A stretch of DNA of 64,000 bases from an uncultured delta proteobacterium (GTDB taxonomy: Bacteria > Myxococcota_A > UBA9160 > JAFDET01). Below the pieces are notes generated by a model. That model worked only from the letters and a program-made list of their open reading frames with translations. It was not told the DNA's origin and did no database searches. Each line of letters starts with the position of its first letter. The stretch's first letter is position 1. The stretch spans positions 84,505 through 148,504 of the forward strand of contig CAMYLJ010000001.1 in NCBI GenBank assembly GCA_947259215.1, written 5' to 3'. The position numbers were made by a program, and so were the translations under genes. Shown piece after piece: positions 26,800-35,632 of this stretch.

Positions 26800-27666
26800 C
26801 TACACCAGGATCTCGTCCAGGTGGGCCGCGATCTCGTCCGGCTGCCAGAGGCCGCCGTCCTCGGTCTTGGTGACGCCCTTCGTGCGCGCGATGTACATCT
26901 CCTGGATGCGCCCGCCGCCCACGAAGAAGATCCGCTTGCTGATGTCCTTGGCGAGATCGCTGGCCAGGAACACGATCATCGGCGAGACGAGTCCCGGCGC
27001 CATCTGGTCCTTGACCCCGTCCTGCTGGAACATCACCAGGTCCTCGGTCATGCGCGTCAGGGCCACCGGCGCGATGGCGTTGACGCGGACCCCGGACTTC
27101 TGGCCCTCGAGCGCCAGACAGCGGGTGAAGCCGGCGATGCCGGCCTTGGCGGCGCCGTAGTTGCTCTGGCCGAAGTTCCCGTCGAGACCCGACGTCGACG
27201 ACGTGTTGATGATGGAGCCGCCCTCGCCGCGCTCCTTCATGTGAATGAAGACGGGCTTGGTGACGCAGAAGGTGCCCTTCAGGTGGACCGCGATGACCGA
27301 GTCCCACAGGCCCTCGTCCATCTTGCCCAGGGTCTTGTCGCGCAGGATGCCGGCGTTGTTGACCAGCACGTCCACCTTGCCGAAGGCGTCGAGGGCCGCC
27401 TGCAGGATCGCCTCTCCACCCTCGATCGTGGCGACGTTGTCGTAGCTCGAGGCGGCCTCGCCGCCGGCGGCGCGGATCTCATCCGCCACCGTGTCCGCCA
27501 TCGCCTGGCCTTCCCCGCTGCCGTCGCGGGCGCCGCCCAGGTCGTTCACCAGCACCTTCGCGCCCTCGGCGGCCAGCGCCAGCGCGTGCTCGCGCCCGAT
27601 GCCGCCTCCGGCGCCGGTGACGATCGCAACCTTGCCGTCCAGCAGACCCATGCCGTCGTCCTCCAT
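26800..27666 (-). CDS. Short-chain dehydrogenase/reductase (MFE-2 / hydroxyacyl-CoA dehydrogenase-like)
   Basis: TGAGGGIG cofactor motif, NNAG and the catalytic YGAAK. Confidence 0.85.
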   Translation of the reverse strand: MEDDGMGLLDGKVAIVTGAGGGIGREHALALAAEGAKVLVNDLGGARDGSGEGQAMADTVADEIRAAGGEAASSYDNVATIEGGEAILQAALDAFGKVDVLVNNAGILRDKTLGKMDEGLWDSVIAVHLKGTFCVTKPVFIHMKERGEGGSIINTSSTSGLDGNFGQSNYGAAKAGIAGFTRCLALEGQKSGVRVNAIAPVALTRMTEDLVMFQQDGVKDQMAPGLVSPMIVFLASDLAKDISKRIFFVGGGRIQEMYIARTKGVTKTEDGGLWQPDEIAAHLDEILV

Positions 27667-27690
27667 CCAACCCCGTCGGAGGGCGGGAGC

Positions 27691-28563
27691 TTAGCCGAAA
27701 AGGATGGTGCGCAGGCGCGCGAAGGGCTTGAAGCCGAGCTTGGCGTAGAGGCGCTCCGCGGGTGCGTTTCCGTCCACCACCGCCAGCTGGGCGTGGTCGG
27801 CGCCCGCCTCGAAGGCGGCGCGGCACAGGGCCGAGACGCCGACGGCGGCCAGCCCACGGCGCCGCAGCTCGGGCCACGTGTACACCCCCTGGAGCAGCCA
27901 GCCTTCGGGACGCTGCACGTCGGCGTAGCCCACGAAGCCGATGCGCCCGCTGATGTCGACGACCGTGGCCCGCGGCACGCGCCCCCGCACCCAGCGCCGG
28001 AAGCCGTCCGGGTCTCCGGTGAAGGGATCGGGCCGGCCCTCCTCGCGCAGGCTGGCCCGCGCCGCGTGCACGAGCTCGGGAAGGTCGCCAGCCGCGGCGG
28101 GGCGCACCCGCACCTCATCCGGCGGTCCGATCAGGGACGCGCTGGCGGGCTCCACCGCGCAGGCGGTCTCCGTGCGGTCCACCAGGGGCCGGCGCCCGCG
28201 AGCGGCCAGGCGCGGCCAGCAGGCCCCGACCACCGCCTCCGCGCTCTTGATCAGACCGGCCTCGAGCCGCTGGAGCCAGGGCGCGAGCGCCTCCACCGCC
28301 GCGGGCGACGCCGCGGCGTCGATCAGCACGCTCGGCCGCACCGAAGCCACGGCGGCGAGCGCGTCGCCGTCCCACACGCCCACCAGATCCGCGCGCCCTT
28401 CCCCGGGCGCCGGGGGCAACCCGATGTGGGCCGTCAGGTCGAGCAGCAGCAGGTTGTCGCGCGGCGACCGGGCCAGGCGCGCGAAGGCTACCTCGCGGTC
28501 GCGGCGATCCAGGCGTCGGGTACGCAGCCCGCCCGGTTCAGTCGAGGACGACCAGGACGTCAC
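27691..28563 (-). CDS. GNAT-family N-acetyltransferase
   Basis: The C-terminal GNAT core reads VYTWPELRRRGLAAVGVSALC...ERLYAKLGF. The annotated ATG overlaps the upstream gene by 26 nt, so the start is uncertain. Confidence 0.65.
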   Translation of the reverse strand: MTSWSSSTEPGGLRTRRLDRRDREVAFARLARSPRDNLLLLDLTAHIGLPPAPGEGRADLVGVWDGDALAAVASVRPSVLIDAAASPAAVEALAPWLQRLEAGLIKSAEAVVGACWPRLAARGRRPLVDRTETACAVEPASASLIGPPDEVRVRPAAAGDLPELVHAARASLREEGRPDPFTGDPDGFRRWVRGRVPRATVVDISGRIGFVGYADVQRPEGWLLQGVYTWPELRRRGLAAVGVSALCRAAFEAGADHAQLAVVDGNAPAERLYAKLGFKPFARLRTILFG

Positions 28564-28753
28564 CCTCTTCCACGCTGTCGCCCTCCTGCACGCGGATCGC
28601 CTGGATCCTGCCGGCGCAGGGCGCTTCCACGGGGATTTCCATCTTCATCGACTCGAGGATCAGGATCACCTCGTCGGCCTCCACCGCATCCCCGACTGAC
28701 TTCTCGATCTTCCACACGTTACCCGTGATCTGGGCCTCGACCTCCGTGGCCAC
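28538..28753 (-). CDS. Stand-alone biotinyl/lipoyl carrier domain protein
   Basis: 71 aa with GDAVEADEVILILESMKMEIPVEAPCAGRI (the EXMKM biotinylation motif). Confidence 0.8.
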   Translation of the reverse strand: MATEVEAQITGNVWKIEKSVGDAVEADEVILILESMKMEIPVEAPCAGRIQAIRVQEGDSVEEGDVLVVLD

Positions 28754-28858
28754 GCATCCCCTCCGGCTGGCTCCGCGACCCGCCGGCCGTCGCCTGGACG
28801 CGTCCGGGAGCGCGGCGATTCTACCCGATCGCTATGCTTCCGCCGCTTTGGAGGACCC

Positions 28859-30361
28859 ATGCTCGAGACCCTGACCCAGGGCTTCAGCGCCGCCCGCGAG
28901 AAGCTGGCCGGCGTACGCGTGCTGAGCGAGGAGAACATCGACGGCGCCCTGCGCGACGTGCGCATGTCGCTGCTCGAGGCCGACGTGGACCTCGCCGTGG
29001 TGCGGGACTTCCTCGGCCGCGTGAAGGAGCGCGCGCTCGGCGAGAAGGTCCAGACCCGGGTGAGCGACGCCTCGGGGCGCACCGTCAAGGCCACCCCGGG
29101 CCAGCACTTCATCGCGATCTGCGAGCAGGAGCTCGCCCAGCTGATGGGCCCGGTGGACGCGTCGCTCGCGCGCAAGCGCGGCGCCGTATCGATCATGCTG
29201 GTGGGGCTCCAGGGCGTCGGCAAGACGACCGTCGCCGCCAAGCTGGCGCGGCACCTCCAGCGCCAGCAGCGCAAGCCCCTGCTGGTGGCGGCGGACGTCT
29301 ACCGCCCCGCGGCGGTGCTCCAGCTCCAGCGCCTGGGCGAGAGCATCGAGGTACCCGTGCAGGCCGGGGCCGAAGGCGACGCGCCCGCGGCCATCTGCGC
29401 GGCCGCCGCGGAGCGCGCCCGCCGCGAAGGCTTCGACGCCATCGTCTACGACACGGCGGGCCGGCTGGCCATCGACGACGCGCTGATGACGGAGCTCGAC
29501 GAGATCAACGCGGCCGTGGAGCCGGCCAACACCCTGCTGGTGTGCGACGCCCTGATGGGCCGGGACGCCGTGAACGTCGCCCAGGCCTTCGCCGAGCGGC
29601 TGACTCTGGACGGCGTCGTGATGACCAAGCTCGACGGCGACGCGCGCGGCGGCGCGGCCCTGGCGGTGAAGGCCGTGACCGGGGTTCCCATCAAGTTCCT
29701 CGGCACCGGCGAGACCGTGGACCGGCTCGAGCCCTTCCGCCCCGAAGGCCTGGCCTCGCGCATCCTGGGCATGGGCGACGTGGTCGGGCTGGTCCAGGAC
29801 TTCGAGGCGGTGGTCGACGAGCGCGAGGCCGAGCAGGCGGAGCAGGACGCCGAGCGCATGCTCGAGGGGAAGCTCAGCCTGGACGACTTCCTGTCCCAGC
29901 TGAAGCTGATCCGGCGCATGGGCCCGCTCAAGGAGATCTTCGCCAAGCTTCCGGGGATGGGGGGCTTCGCGGACCAGGTGGAAGGCGACGAGCTGACCAA
30001 GGTGGAGTCCATGGTCCATTCCATGACCCGCCAGGAGCGCGGGGACCCCGACCTGATCGACAAGAGCCGCGCGGCGCGGATCGCCCGCGGCAGCGGCCGC
30101 AAGCAGAAGGAGGTGCGCGACCTGGTGGGCCGCTTCCTCCAGATGCGCGAGATGATGGGGCAGCTCGGATCGGGCGGGATGCTGGGCAAGATTCCCGGCA
30201 TGGGCCGCCTGGCCGGCGCGGGCGGCCCGGAGCTGGACCCCGCCGCCCTGCTGGGCGGGGGCGGTGGAGGCGGCGGCGCCCGCCAGGGCAAGCGTTCCAC
30301 CCAGCAGCGCCGCAAGAAGCGCAAGGCGGCCCGCAAGGCCCGGAAGAAGGGCCGCCGCTAG
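28859..30361 (+). CDS. ffh: Signal recognition particle protein Ffh
   Basis: N domain; G domain (GLQGVGKTT, DTAGR, TKLDGD); Met-rich M domain; basic tail. GGAGGA lies upstream of the ATG. Confidence 0.95.
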   Translation: MLETLTQGFSAAREKLAGVRVLSEENIDGALRDVRMSLLEADVDLAVVRDFLGRVKERALGEKVQTRVSDASGRTVKATPGQHFIAICEQELAQLMGPVDASLARKRGAVSIMLVGLQGVGKTTVAAKLARHLQRQQRKPLLVAADVYRPAAVLQLQRLGESIEVPVQAGAEGDAPAAICAAAAERARREGFDAIVYDTAGRLAIDDALMTELDEINAAVEPANTLLVCDALMGRDAVNVAQAFAERLTLDGVVMTKLDGDARGGAALAVKAVTGVPIKFLGTGETVDRLEPFRPEGLASRILGMGDVVGLVQDFEAVVDEREAEQAEQDAERMLEGKLSLDDFLSQLKLIRRMGPLKEIFAKLPGMGGFADQVEGDELTKVESMVHSMTRQERGDPDLIDKSRAARIARGSGRKQKEVRDLVGRFLQMREMMGQLGSGGMLGKIPGMGRLAGAGGPELDPAALLGGGGGGGGARQGKRSTQQRRKKRKAARKARKKGRR

Positions 30362-30435
30362 CGCGCCAGGCCGGGGGCCGCCCCCCACGAACCTGAAGCC
30401 CCCGTGAATGCCGGCCGGGCGTCGCGCCCCCGCCG

Positions 30436-30465
30436 TTGGTAACCCCCCGCCCTGCCGCGTAGAAT
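30436..30465 (+). promoter_or_regulatory. Candidate sigma70 promoter of the LysM/SLT gene
   Basis: TTGGTA-N18-TAGAAT. The 9-mer GTAGAATGC also occurs upstream of nhaA. Confidence 0.45.
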
Positions 30466-30587
30466 GCTGGATGGACGGACGAGCGGAGCCCCCCCGAAGG
30501 CCGCGCCGCGAGCGCATCGCGCAGCGCTGGATTCGACTTTCGTTCGCCGTTCGGTCAGGTTCAGACGCGGAACTGCCGATCCAAGCG

Positions 30588-33014
30588 ATGCCGATGAAGC
30601 GCCTTCTCGCCGTCCTCCTGCTGTGTCTGCTGACCGCGCCTGCGGCGGCACCGGCGGAGCCCCTCCCGCGTCCGCCCGGACTGGCGGCGCAGGTCGAGCT
30701 GTGGCGCCGCGTGTACGCAGAAGTGGACAGCGACGCGGGCCTGATCCACGACGACCGCCAGATGGACGTCATCTACGAGGAGCTGCGGGCTCCCCGGAGC
30801 CTCTCGCGCCGCGCCTCGGACCGCCGCGTGAAGGCCGCCAAGAAGAAGTACGCCGACGCCCTGAAGCGGCTGGCAACAGGCAAGCGCAGCGGGCTCAGCG
30901 AGACCGAGAAGCACGTGCTGGCGCTCTGGCCCCCGGACGTCTCCAACGCCACGCTGCGCTCGGCCGCCCGCCGGGTGCGCTTCCAGCGCGGCCTGGCCGA
31001 TCGCTTCCGCGACGGCGTGATCCGGGCCGGCCGCTGGCAGCCCTTCATCGAAGAGGTCTTCCACGAGGCCGGACTGCCGGCCGAGATCGCCGCCCTGCCC
31101 CACGTGGAGTCGTCCTTCAATCCCCACGCCTACTCCAGCGCCGGTGCGGCCGGGCTGTGGCAGTTCACCCGCTCCACGGGCCGGCTCTACATGCACATCG
31201 ACTACACCGTGGACGAGCGCATGGACCCGTACAAGGCCACCGAGGCGGCCGCCCGGCTGCTGCTCGACAACCACGCCGAATTGAAGAGCTGGCCCCTGGC
31301 CATCACTGCCTACAACCACGGGCGCGCGGGCATGCAGCGGGCCGTGCGCACCGTAGGCAGCCGCGACATCACCCGGATCGTCGAGCGCTACAAGGGCCGC
31401 GCCTTCAAGTTCGCGTCGCGGAACTTCTACAGCGAGCTGCTGGCCGCGATCGAGGTGTCGAGCAACGCCGAGCGCTACTTCGGGCCGCTCGAGGTCGAGC
31501 ACGCGCTCGACTACGAGGTGGTGGAGCTCCAGCACTACTACAAGGCAACGAGCCTCGAGCGCGCGCTCGGCATCCCGGCCAAGGTGCTGCGCGAGCACAA
31601 CCTGTCGCTGCGCTCCCCGGTCTGGCGCGGCCAGAAGTACGTGCCGAAGGGCTTCGGCCTGCGCGTCCCGCGCGACCCGGGCGGCGCGCCGGCGGCGGGC
31701 GCCATCGCCGCCATCGCCTCCGCCGAGCGCTTCACGCGCCAGAAGCGCGACACCGTCTACACCGTGCGCCGCGGCGACACCCTCTCCCAGATCGCCAGCC
31801 GCTACGGCACCACCATGTCGGAGCTGGTCGCGCTGAACGGCCTGCGCAGCCGCCATCGCATCCGCATCGGCCAGCGCCTGCGGCTGCCCACGGAAGCCGC
31901 ACCGAGCCTGGCCTCGCTCGAGGACTTCGACGGCAGCTACCGGGTGCGCCGCGGCGACAGCGTGTCGGAGATCGCCCGCCGCTTCGGCGTCGCCGAAGCC
32001 GAGCTGGTCGCCGCCAACGGCCTCCGCAACAAGAACCGCCTCTACGTCGGCCAGACCCTTCAGGTCCCCGTCGCCGGCGACAAGGCCAGCGAGCCGAAGC
32101 CGACCGAAGTCGCCAGTGCCGCGAAGAAGCCCGCTGCGACGAAGCCTGCCGAGACCCCGAAGGCGACCGACGAGTCACCGGAGAAGCCGGTCGAAGTCGC
32201 CGCCGTCGCGCCGAAGCCCGAAGCCACGGCGCCCGCCGCGGACGAAGCGAAGCCGGCCCCCGAGGAACGCGAGCCGCCGAAACCCACCCCGGCCACGAAG
32301 GAAGCCCGCACCGCGGAACCCGAGAAGCCCGTAGAGGTCGCAAAGGCCAACCCCGACACCGAGGCCTCCGCGCCCGCCGAGCCCACCAGTGCGAGCGGCC
32401 CCGCAAGCCCGGCGCCCCGCAGCTCGGACGACCCGGAAGCCCCGACGCCGGGCGCGCAGCTCGCCGAAGGCGAGCGAAGTCACGATAAATCGGAGCCGAC
32501 CGAGCCCCGCGAACCCTCCCACGCCCGCGGCCCCAGCGAGATCGCCTCCAGCCCCGGCGCCTCCCCTCCCGTGAGCCGCCCGCCGCCCGTGTCGATCGGA
32601 GTCGGCGCCGACGACCGCATCGTGGTCGAGGCCGGCGAGACCCTCGGCCACTACGCCGATTGGCTCGAGCTGGCCACCGAGCGCCTGCGCCGCACCAACG
32701 GCATGCGCCGACGCTCGGACATCGTGATCGGGCAGCGCGTGCTCCTGGACTTCTCGCGCGTCTCACGCAGCGAGTTCGAAGCGCGCCGCCTCCGCTACCA
32801 CGAGTCGATCCAGGCGGCCTTCTTCGCCGATCACCGGGTCGCCGGCACCCGCTCCCACGTCCTGCGCCGGGGCGACACCCTCTGGAGCCTCTCCCGCCGC
32901 CACCGCTCGGTACCCCTCTGGCTCCTCCGCCAGTACAACCCCCAGCTCGACCTGACCGACCTGCAACCCGGCGTCACGATCACGATCCCCCGCGTCCAGA
33001 AACGAAGCACCTGA
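30588..33014 (+). CDS. Membrane-bound lytic murein transglycosylase (MltD-like): SLT domain plus LysM repeats
   Basis: I prefer ATG at 30588 (MPMKRLLAVLLLCLL signal). SLT active site ALPHVESSFNPHAYSSAGAAGLWQF. LysM repeats: YTVRRGDTLSQIASRYG and YRVRRGDSVSEIARRFG, plus a C-terminal LysM-like copy HVLRRGDTLWSLSRRH. A long P/E/A/K-rich linker separates them. Confidence 0.85.
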   Translation: MPMKRLLAVLLLCLLTAPAAAPAEPLPRPPGLAAQVELWRRVYAEVDSDAGLIHDDRQMDVIYEELRAPRSLSRRASDRRVKAAKKKYADALKRLATGKRSGLSETEKHVLALWPPDVSNATLRSAARRVRFQRGLADRFRDGVIRAGRWQPFIEEVFHEAGLPAEIAALPHVESSFNPHAYSSAGAAGLWQFTRSTGRLYMHIDYTVDERMDPYKATEAAARLLLDNHAELKSWPLAITAYNHGRAGMQRAVRTVGSRDITRIVERYKGRAFKFASRNFYSELLAAIEVSSNAERYFGPLEVEHALDYEVVELQHYYKATSLERALGIPAKVLREHNLSLRSPVWRGQKYVPKGFGLRVPRDPGGAPAAGAIAAIASAERFTRQKRDTVYTVRRGDTLSQIASRYGTTMSELVALNGLRSRHRIRIGQRLRLPTEAAPSLASLEDFDGSYRVRRGDSVSEIARRFGVAEAELVAANGLRNKNRLYVGQTLQVPVAGDKASEPKPTEVASAAKKPAATKPAETPKATDESPEKPVEVAAVAPKPEATAPAADEAKPAPEEREPPKPTPATKEARTAEPEKPVEVAKANPDTEASAPAEPTSASGPASPAPRSSDDPEAPTPGAQLAEGERSHDKSEPTEPREPSHARGPSEIASSPGASPPVSRPPPVSIGVGADDRIVVEAGETLGHYADWLELATERLRRTNGMRRRSDIVIGQRVLLDFSRVSRSEFEARRLRYHESIQAAFFADHRVAGTRSHVLRRGDTLWSLSRRHRSVPLWLLRQYNPQLDLTDLQPGVTITIPRVQKRST
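32448..32531 (+). repeat. Copy B (partial, 3' half) of the repeat family, embedded in frame in the LysM/SLT coding region
   Basis: gggcgcgcagctcgccgaaggcgagcgaagtcacgataaatcggagcc... aligns to copy A 20720-20812. It is translated as AEGERSHDKSEPTEPREP. Confidence 0.75.
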
Positions 33015-33158
33015 CGCCTCCGACACCGCGCTCCGAAGAAGGACCGCCACTCGCCCCTCCGCGGCGAACACGCCTCCGGAGGCCGAGGCCGCAAGCGCCG
33101 CCGCAGGCGGCGCGCGCAGCGAGCCAAAGGCGAGCGAAGTCACGCTAAATGAAGAGCC
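33015..33158 (+). repeat. Copy C of the ~144-nt repeat family
   Basis: It starts 1 nt after the LysM/SLT stop codon. Same two hairpin stems as copy A but with different loops, and a GAAGTCACGCTAAATGA tail. Confidence 0.85.
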
Positions 33159-33200
33159 GGAGGAGCCACGCGAGCGCTGCGGCGCCGCGCGGCGAGGAAG

Positions 33201-33872
33201 TCACCGCACCTGAAACAGCGTCTCGTCCGGCAGCCGGATCGCCGTCAACGGCCCCCCGTAACAGGCCCCCGTGTCGATGCCGATGCTGAAGGGCGTGTTC
33301 CAGCGCACCTCCAGGTCCGGCGCCGGCGTGTGGCCGTAGATCACGGTCACCCCGAGGCGATGGGGCAGGTCGCCGCTGCTGCGCGACCAGAGCAGGTCCT
33401 CCGGGCGCGACCGCCGCAGCACGTACGCCACGTCACTCTGCTGGATGTGCCGCTCGTGAATGCCCGCGTGCACGAACAGGTAGTCGCCTTCCTGATGGTA
33501 CAGCCGCAGCTCCTGGTAGAACTTCTCGTGGGACTGGGGCAGGCGGAAGCGCGCCTCGCGGTCCTCGAAGTAGCCGTAGCTCGCCAGGGTGCGGTCGCCG
33601 CCGTTCAGCAGGAAGGCGTCGCCCCCGAAGTGCTCCTGCCCCGCCCAGCCCAGGAAGTCCAGGAACATGGCCTCGTGGTTCCCGATCAGGAAGACGCAGT
33701 CGATCTCCCGGGAGAGCTCGATCAGCCGCTCCACCACGCCGTGCGCGTCGGGGCCGCGGTCGACGTAGTCCCCGAGAAACACCAGACGGTCGTCGGGCTC
33801 GAGCGGCATGCGCTCGAGCAACGCGTCCAGCTTCTCCCGCTCCCCGTGGATGTCCCCCACCGCGTACAGCAC
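33201..33872 (-). CDS. Metallophosphoesterase (PPP-family Ser/Thr phosphatase / ApaH-like)
   Basis: GDIHG, GDYVDRG and GNHE motifs. Confidence 0.85.
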   Translation of the reverse strand: MLYAVGDIHGEREKLDALLERMPLEPDDRLVFLGDYVDRGPDAHGVVERLIELSREIDCVFLIGNHEAMFLDFLGWAGQEHFGGDAFLLNGGDRTLASYGYFEDREARFRLPQSHEKFYQELRLYHQEGDYLFVHAGIHERHIQQSDVAYVLRRSRPEDLLWSRSSGDLPHRLGVTVIYGHTPAPDLEVRWNTPFSIGIDTGACYGGPLTAIRLPDETLFQVR

Positions 33873-33878
33873 CGCCGG

Positions 33879-34973
33879 CTAGCACCCTCCAGGGGCGTCT
33901 TCGGCCGCCGGAAGCGCCGGCTTGACGGGTCCCGGGCGCGCGCCCTGGGCCGCCAGCTGGCCGCAGGCGGCGGCGATATCGTCGCCCCGGCTGCGGCGCA
34001 GGGTCACCGCCAGGCGGCGCCGCGCCAGCTCGGCCAGGAAGCCCTCGATCGCGGCCGGGCCCGGCGCCGCGTACTCCGAGCCGGGGTGGGGGTTGAACGG
34101 AATCAGGTTCACCTTGGCGTGCAGCCCGTGCAGCCAGCGCGCCAGGCGGCGCGCGTCCTCGGGCGCGTCGTTGACCCCCGCCAGCAGCGTGTACTCCACG
34201 AAGATCGGGTGCCGGGGCCCGATCCGCGGCAGGTCCTCCAGCGCCTCGCGCAGGACGGCGAGCGGGAAGCGCCGGTTGAGCGGCACCAGCACGTCGCGCA
34301 CCGCGTCGCTGGTCGCGTGCAGCGAGAGCGCCAGGTTCACGGGCACGGCCTCGAGCAGGTCGCGGATGCGCGGGACGACACCCGCCGTCGACACCGTGAC
34401 GCGCCGCGGTGCCAGCCCGAAGGCGCGCGGGTGGAGCAGCAGCCGCACCGCCTCCACCACCGCCGCGAGGTTCAGCAGCGGCTCGCCCATGCCCATGAAG
34501 ACCACGTTGGTCAGGGCGCTGCCGGGCGCCAGCAGCTCGCGCATGCGCAGCACCTGATCGACGATCTCCGCGGTGGAGAGGTTGCGGCGCAGCCCGAGCT
34601 TGCCGGTGGCGCAGAACGAGCAGGCCAGCGGGCAGCCCACCTGGGTGGAGACGCACAGGGTGGTGCGTCGCTCCTCGGGGATCAGGACCGCCTCCAGGAT
34701 CTCGCCGTCCCGGGCCACGAGCCGGGCCTTGGTGGTGCCGTCGCGGGAGCGCTCGACCGCCTCCACCTCGAGGGCGCGCCAGCGCCACTCCCGCGCGAGA
34801 TCCTCGCGCAGGTCCCGCGGCAGGTTCGTCATGGCGGCCGGATCCTCCACCCCCCGCCCGTAGACCCACTCCGCCACCTGTTCCGCGCGGTAGGGCTTGA
34901 CGCCGCGCTCGCCGAAGCGCGCGCGCAGCGCTTCGACCGAGAGGTCCTTCAACCAGGGGCGGGTGTCGCTCAC
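33879..34973 (-). CDS. rlmN: 23S rRNA/tRNA adenine-C2 methyltransferase RlmN (radical SAM)
   Basis: GTG at 34973 overlaps the trmB stop (GTGA). It has CPLACSFCATG, MGMGEPL and a C-terminal GDDIAAACGQL. Confidence 0.9.
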   Translation of the reverse strand: MSDTRPWLKDLSVEALRARFGERGVKPYRAEQVAEWVYGRGVEDPAAMTNLPRDLREDLAREWRWRALEVEAVERSRDGTTKARLVARDGEILEAVLIPEERRTTLCVSTQVGCPLACSFCATGKLGLRRNLSTAEIVDQVLRMRELLAPGSALTNVVFMGMGEPLLNLAAVVEAVRLLLHPRAFGLAPRRVTVSTAGVVPRIRDLLEAVPVNLALSLHATSDAVRDVLVPLNRRFPLAVLREALEDLPRIGPRHPIFVEYTLLAGVNDAPEDARRLARWLHGLHAKVNLIPFNPHPGSEYAAPGPAAIEGFLAELARRRLAVTLRRSRGDDIAAACGQLAAQGARPGPVKPALPAAEDAPGGC

Positions 34974-35626
34974 GGAGCCTCCGGACCCGCGCGGCGCCGG
35001 TAGCGCCAGAAGTGCAGCGGCCGACCCTCGGCCCGCCACTCGAGCTCGTAGGCGGTGGGCAGGCGATCCGGCACCTCGCGCAGGAAGCGCGCCGGGGCGT
35101 AGGCGTTCTCGAGCGCGGGCTCAGCGGCCAACACGGCATCGATCTGCTCCGCGTAGTCGAGGTGGTCCGTGGCCGCTTCGAGGATCCCGCCCGGAACGAG
35201 CCGGTCCGCCAGCAGCGCCACCTGCGCGGGCTGGATCAGCCGGCGGCGCAGGTGCCGCTTCTTGGGCCAGGGATCGGGAAAGTTGACCCAGAACATCTGG
35301 ACGCTGCCGGACGCCAGCAGCTCCGAGACCACCTGCTCGGCGCGGGCGTTTACGAGGCGCACGTTGCAGAGCTCCATGCGCGCGATCCGGCGGGCGAGCT
35401 TGAGCACCCGCTTGTGCGAGTACTCGACCCCGACGTGGGCCACATCGGGTGCGCGGGTCGCCAGGTCCAGCAGGAACTCGCCGCGCCCGAAGCCGAGCTC
35501 CACCACCAGCGGAAACACCCGCTCCACGTCGCCGGCGAACACCGCCTCCCAGCCCTTCTCGCCGATCTCGTCGGGGGGAACCCGCCGATCGATTCCGGGG
35601 ATGTCCCGTTTCAGGGTGCGGCCCAC
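34970..35626 (-). CDS. trmB: tRNA (guanine-N7)-methyltransferase
   Basis: ELGFGRGEF SAM motif, and FPDPWPKKRHLRRR. Confidence 0.9.
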   Translation of the reverse strand: MGRTLKRDIPGIDRRVPPDEIGEKGWEAVFAGDVERVFPLVVELGFGRGEFLLDLATRAPDVAHVGVEYSHKRVLKLARRIARMELCNVRLVNARAEQVVSELLASGSVQMFWVNFPDPWPKKRHLRRRLIQPAQVALLADRLVPGGILEAATDHLDYAEQIDAVLAAEPALENAYAPARFLREVPDRLPTAYELEWRAEGRPLHFWRYRRRAGPEAP

Positions 35627-35632
35627 GCGGCA

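Noticed and set aside
32060-32580. Repetitive-looking P/E/A/K-rich DNA inside the LysM/SLT gene, considered as a tandem repeat or mobile insertion.
   Set aside because: Apart from the repeat-family fragment at 32448-32531, it is a low-complexity coding linker (…KPAATKPAETPKATDESPEKPVEVAAVAPKPEA…) with no exact nucleotide periodicity. Such linkers are common between LysM modules.
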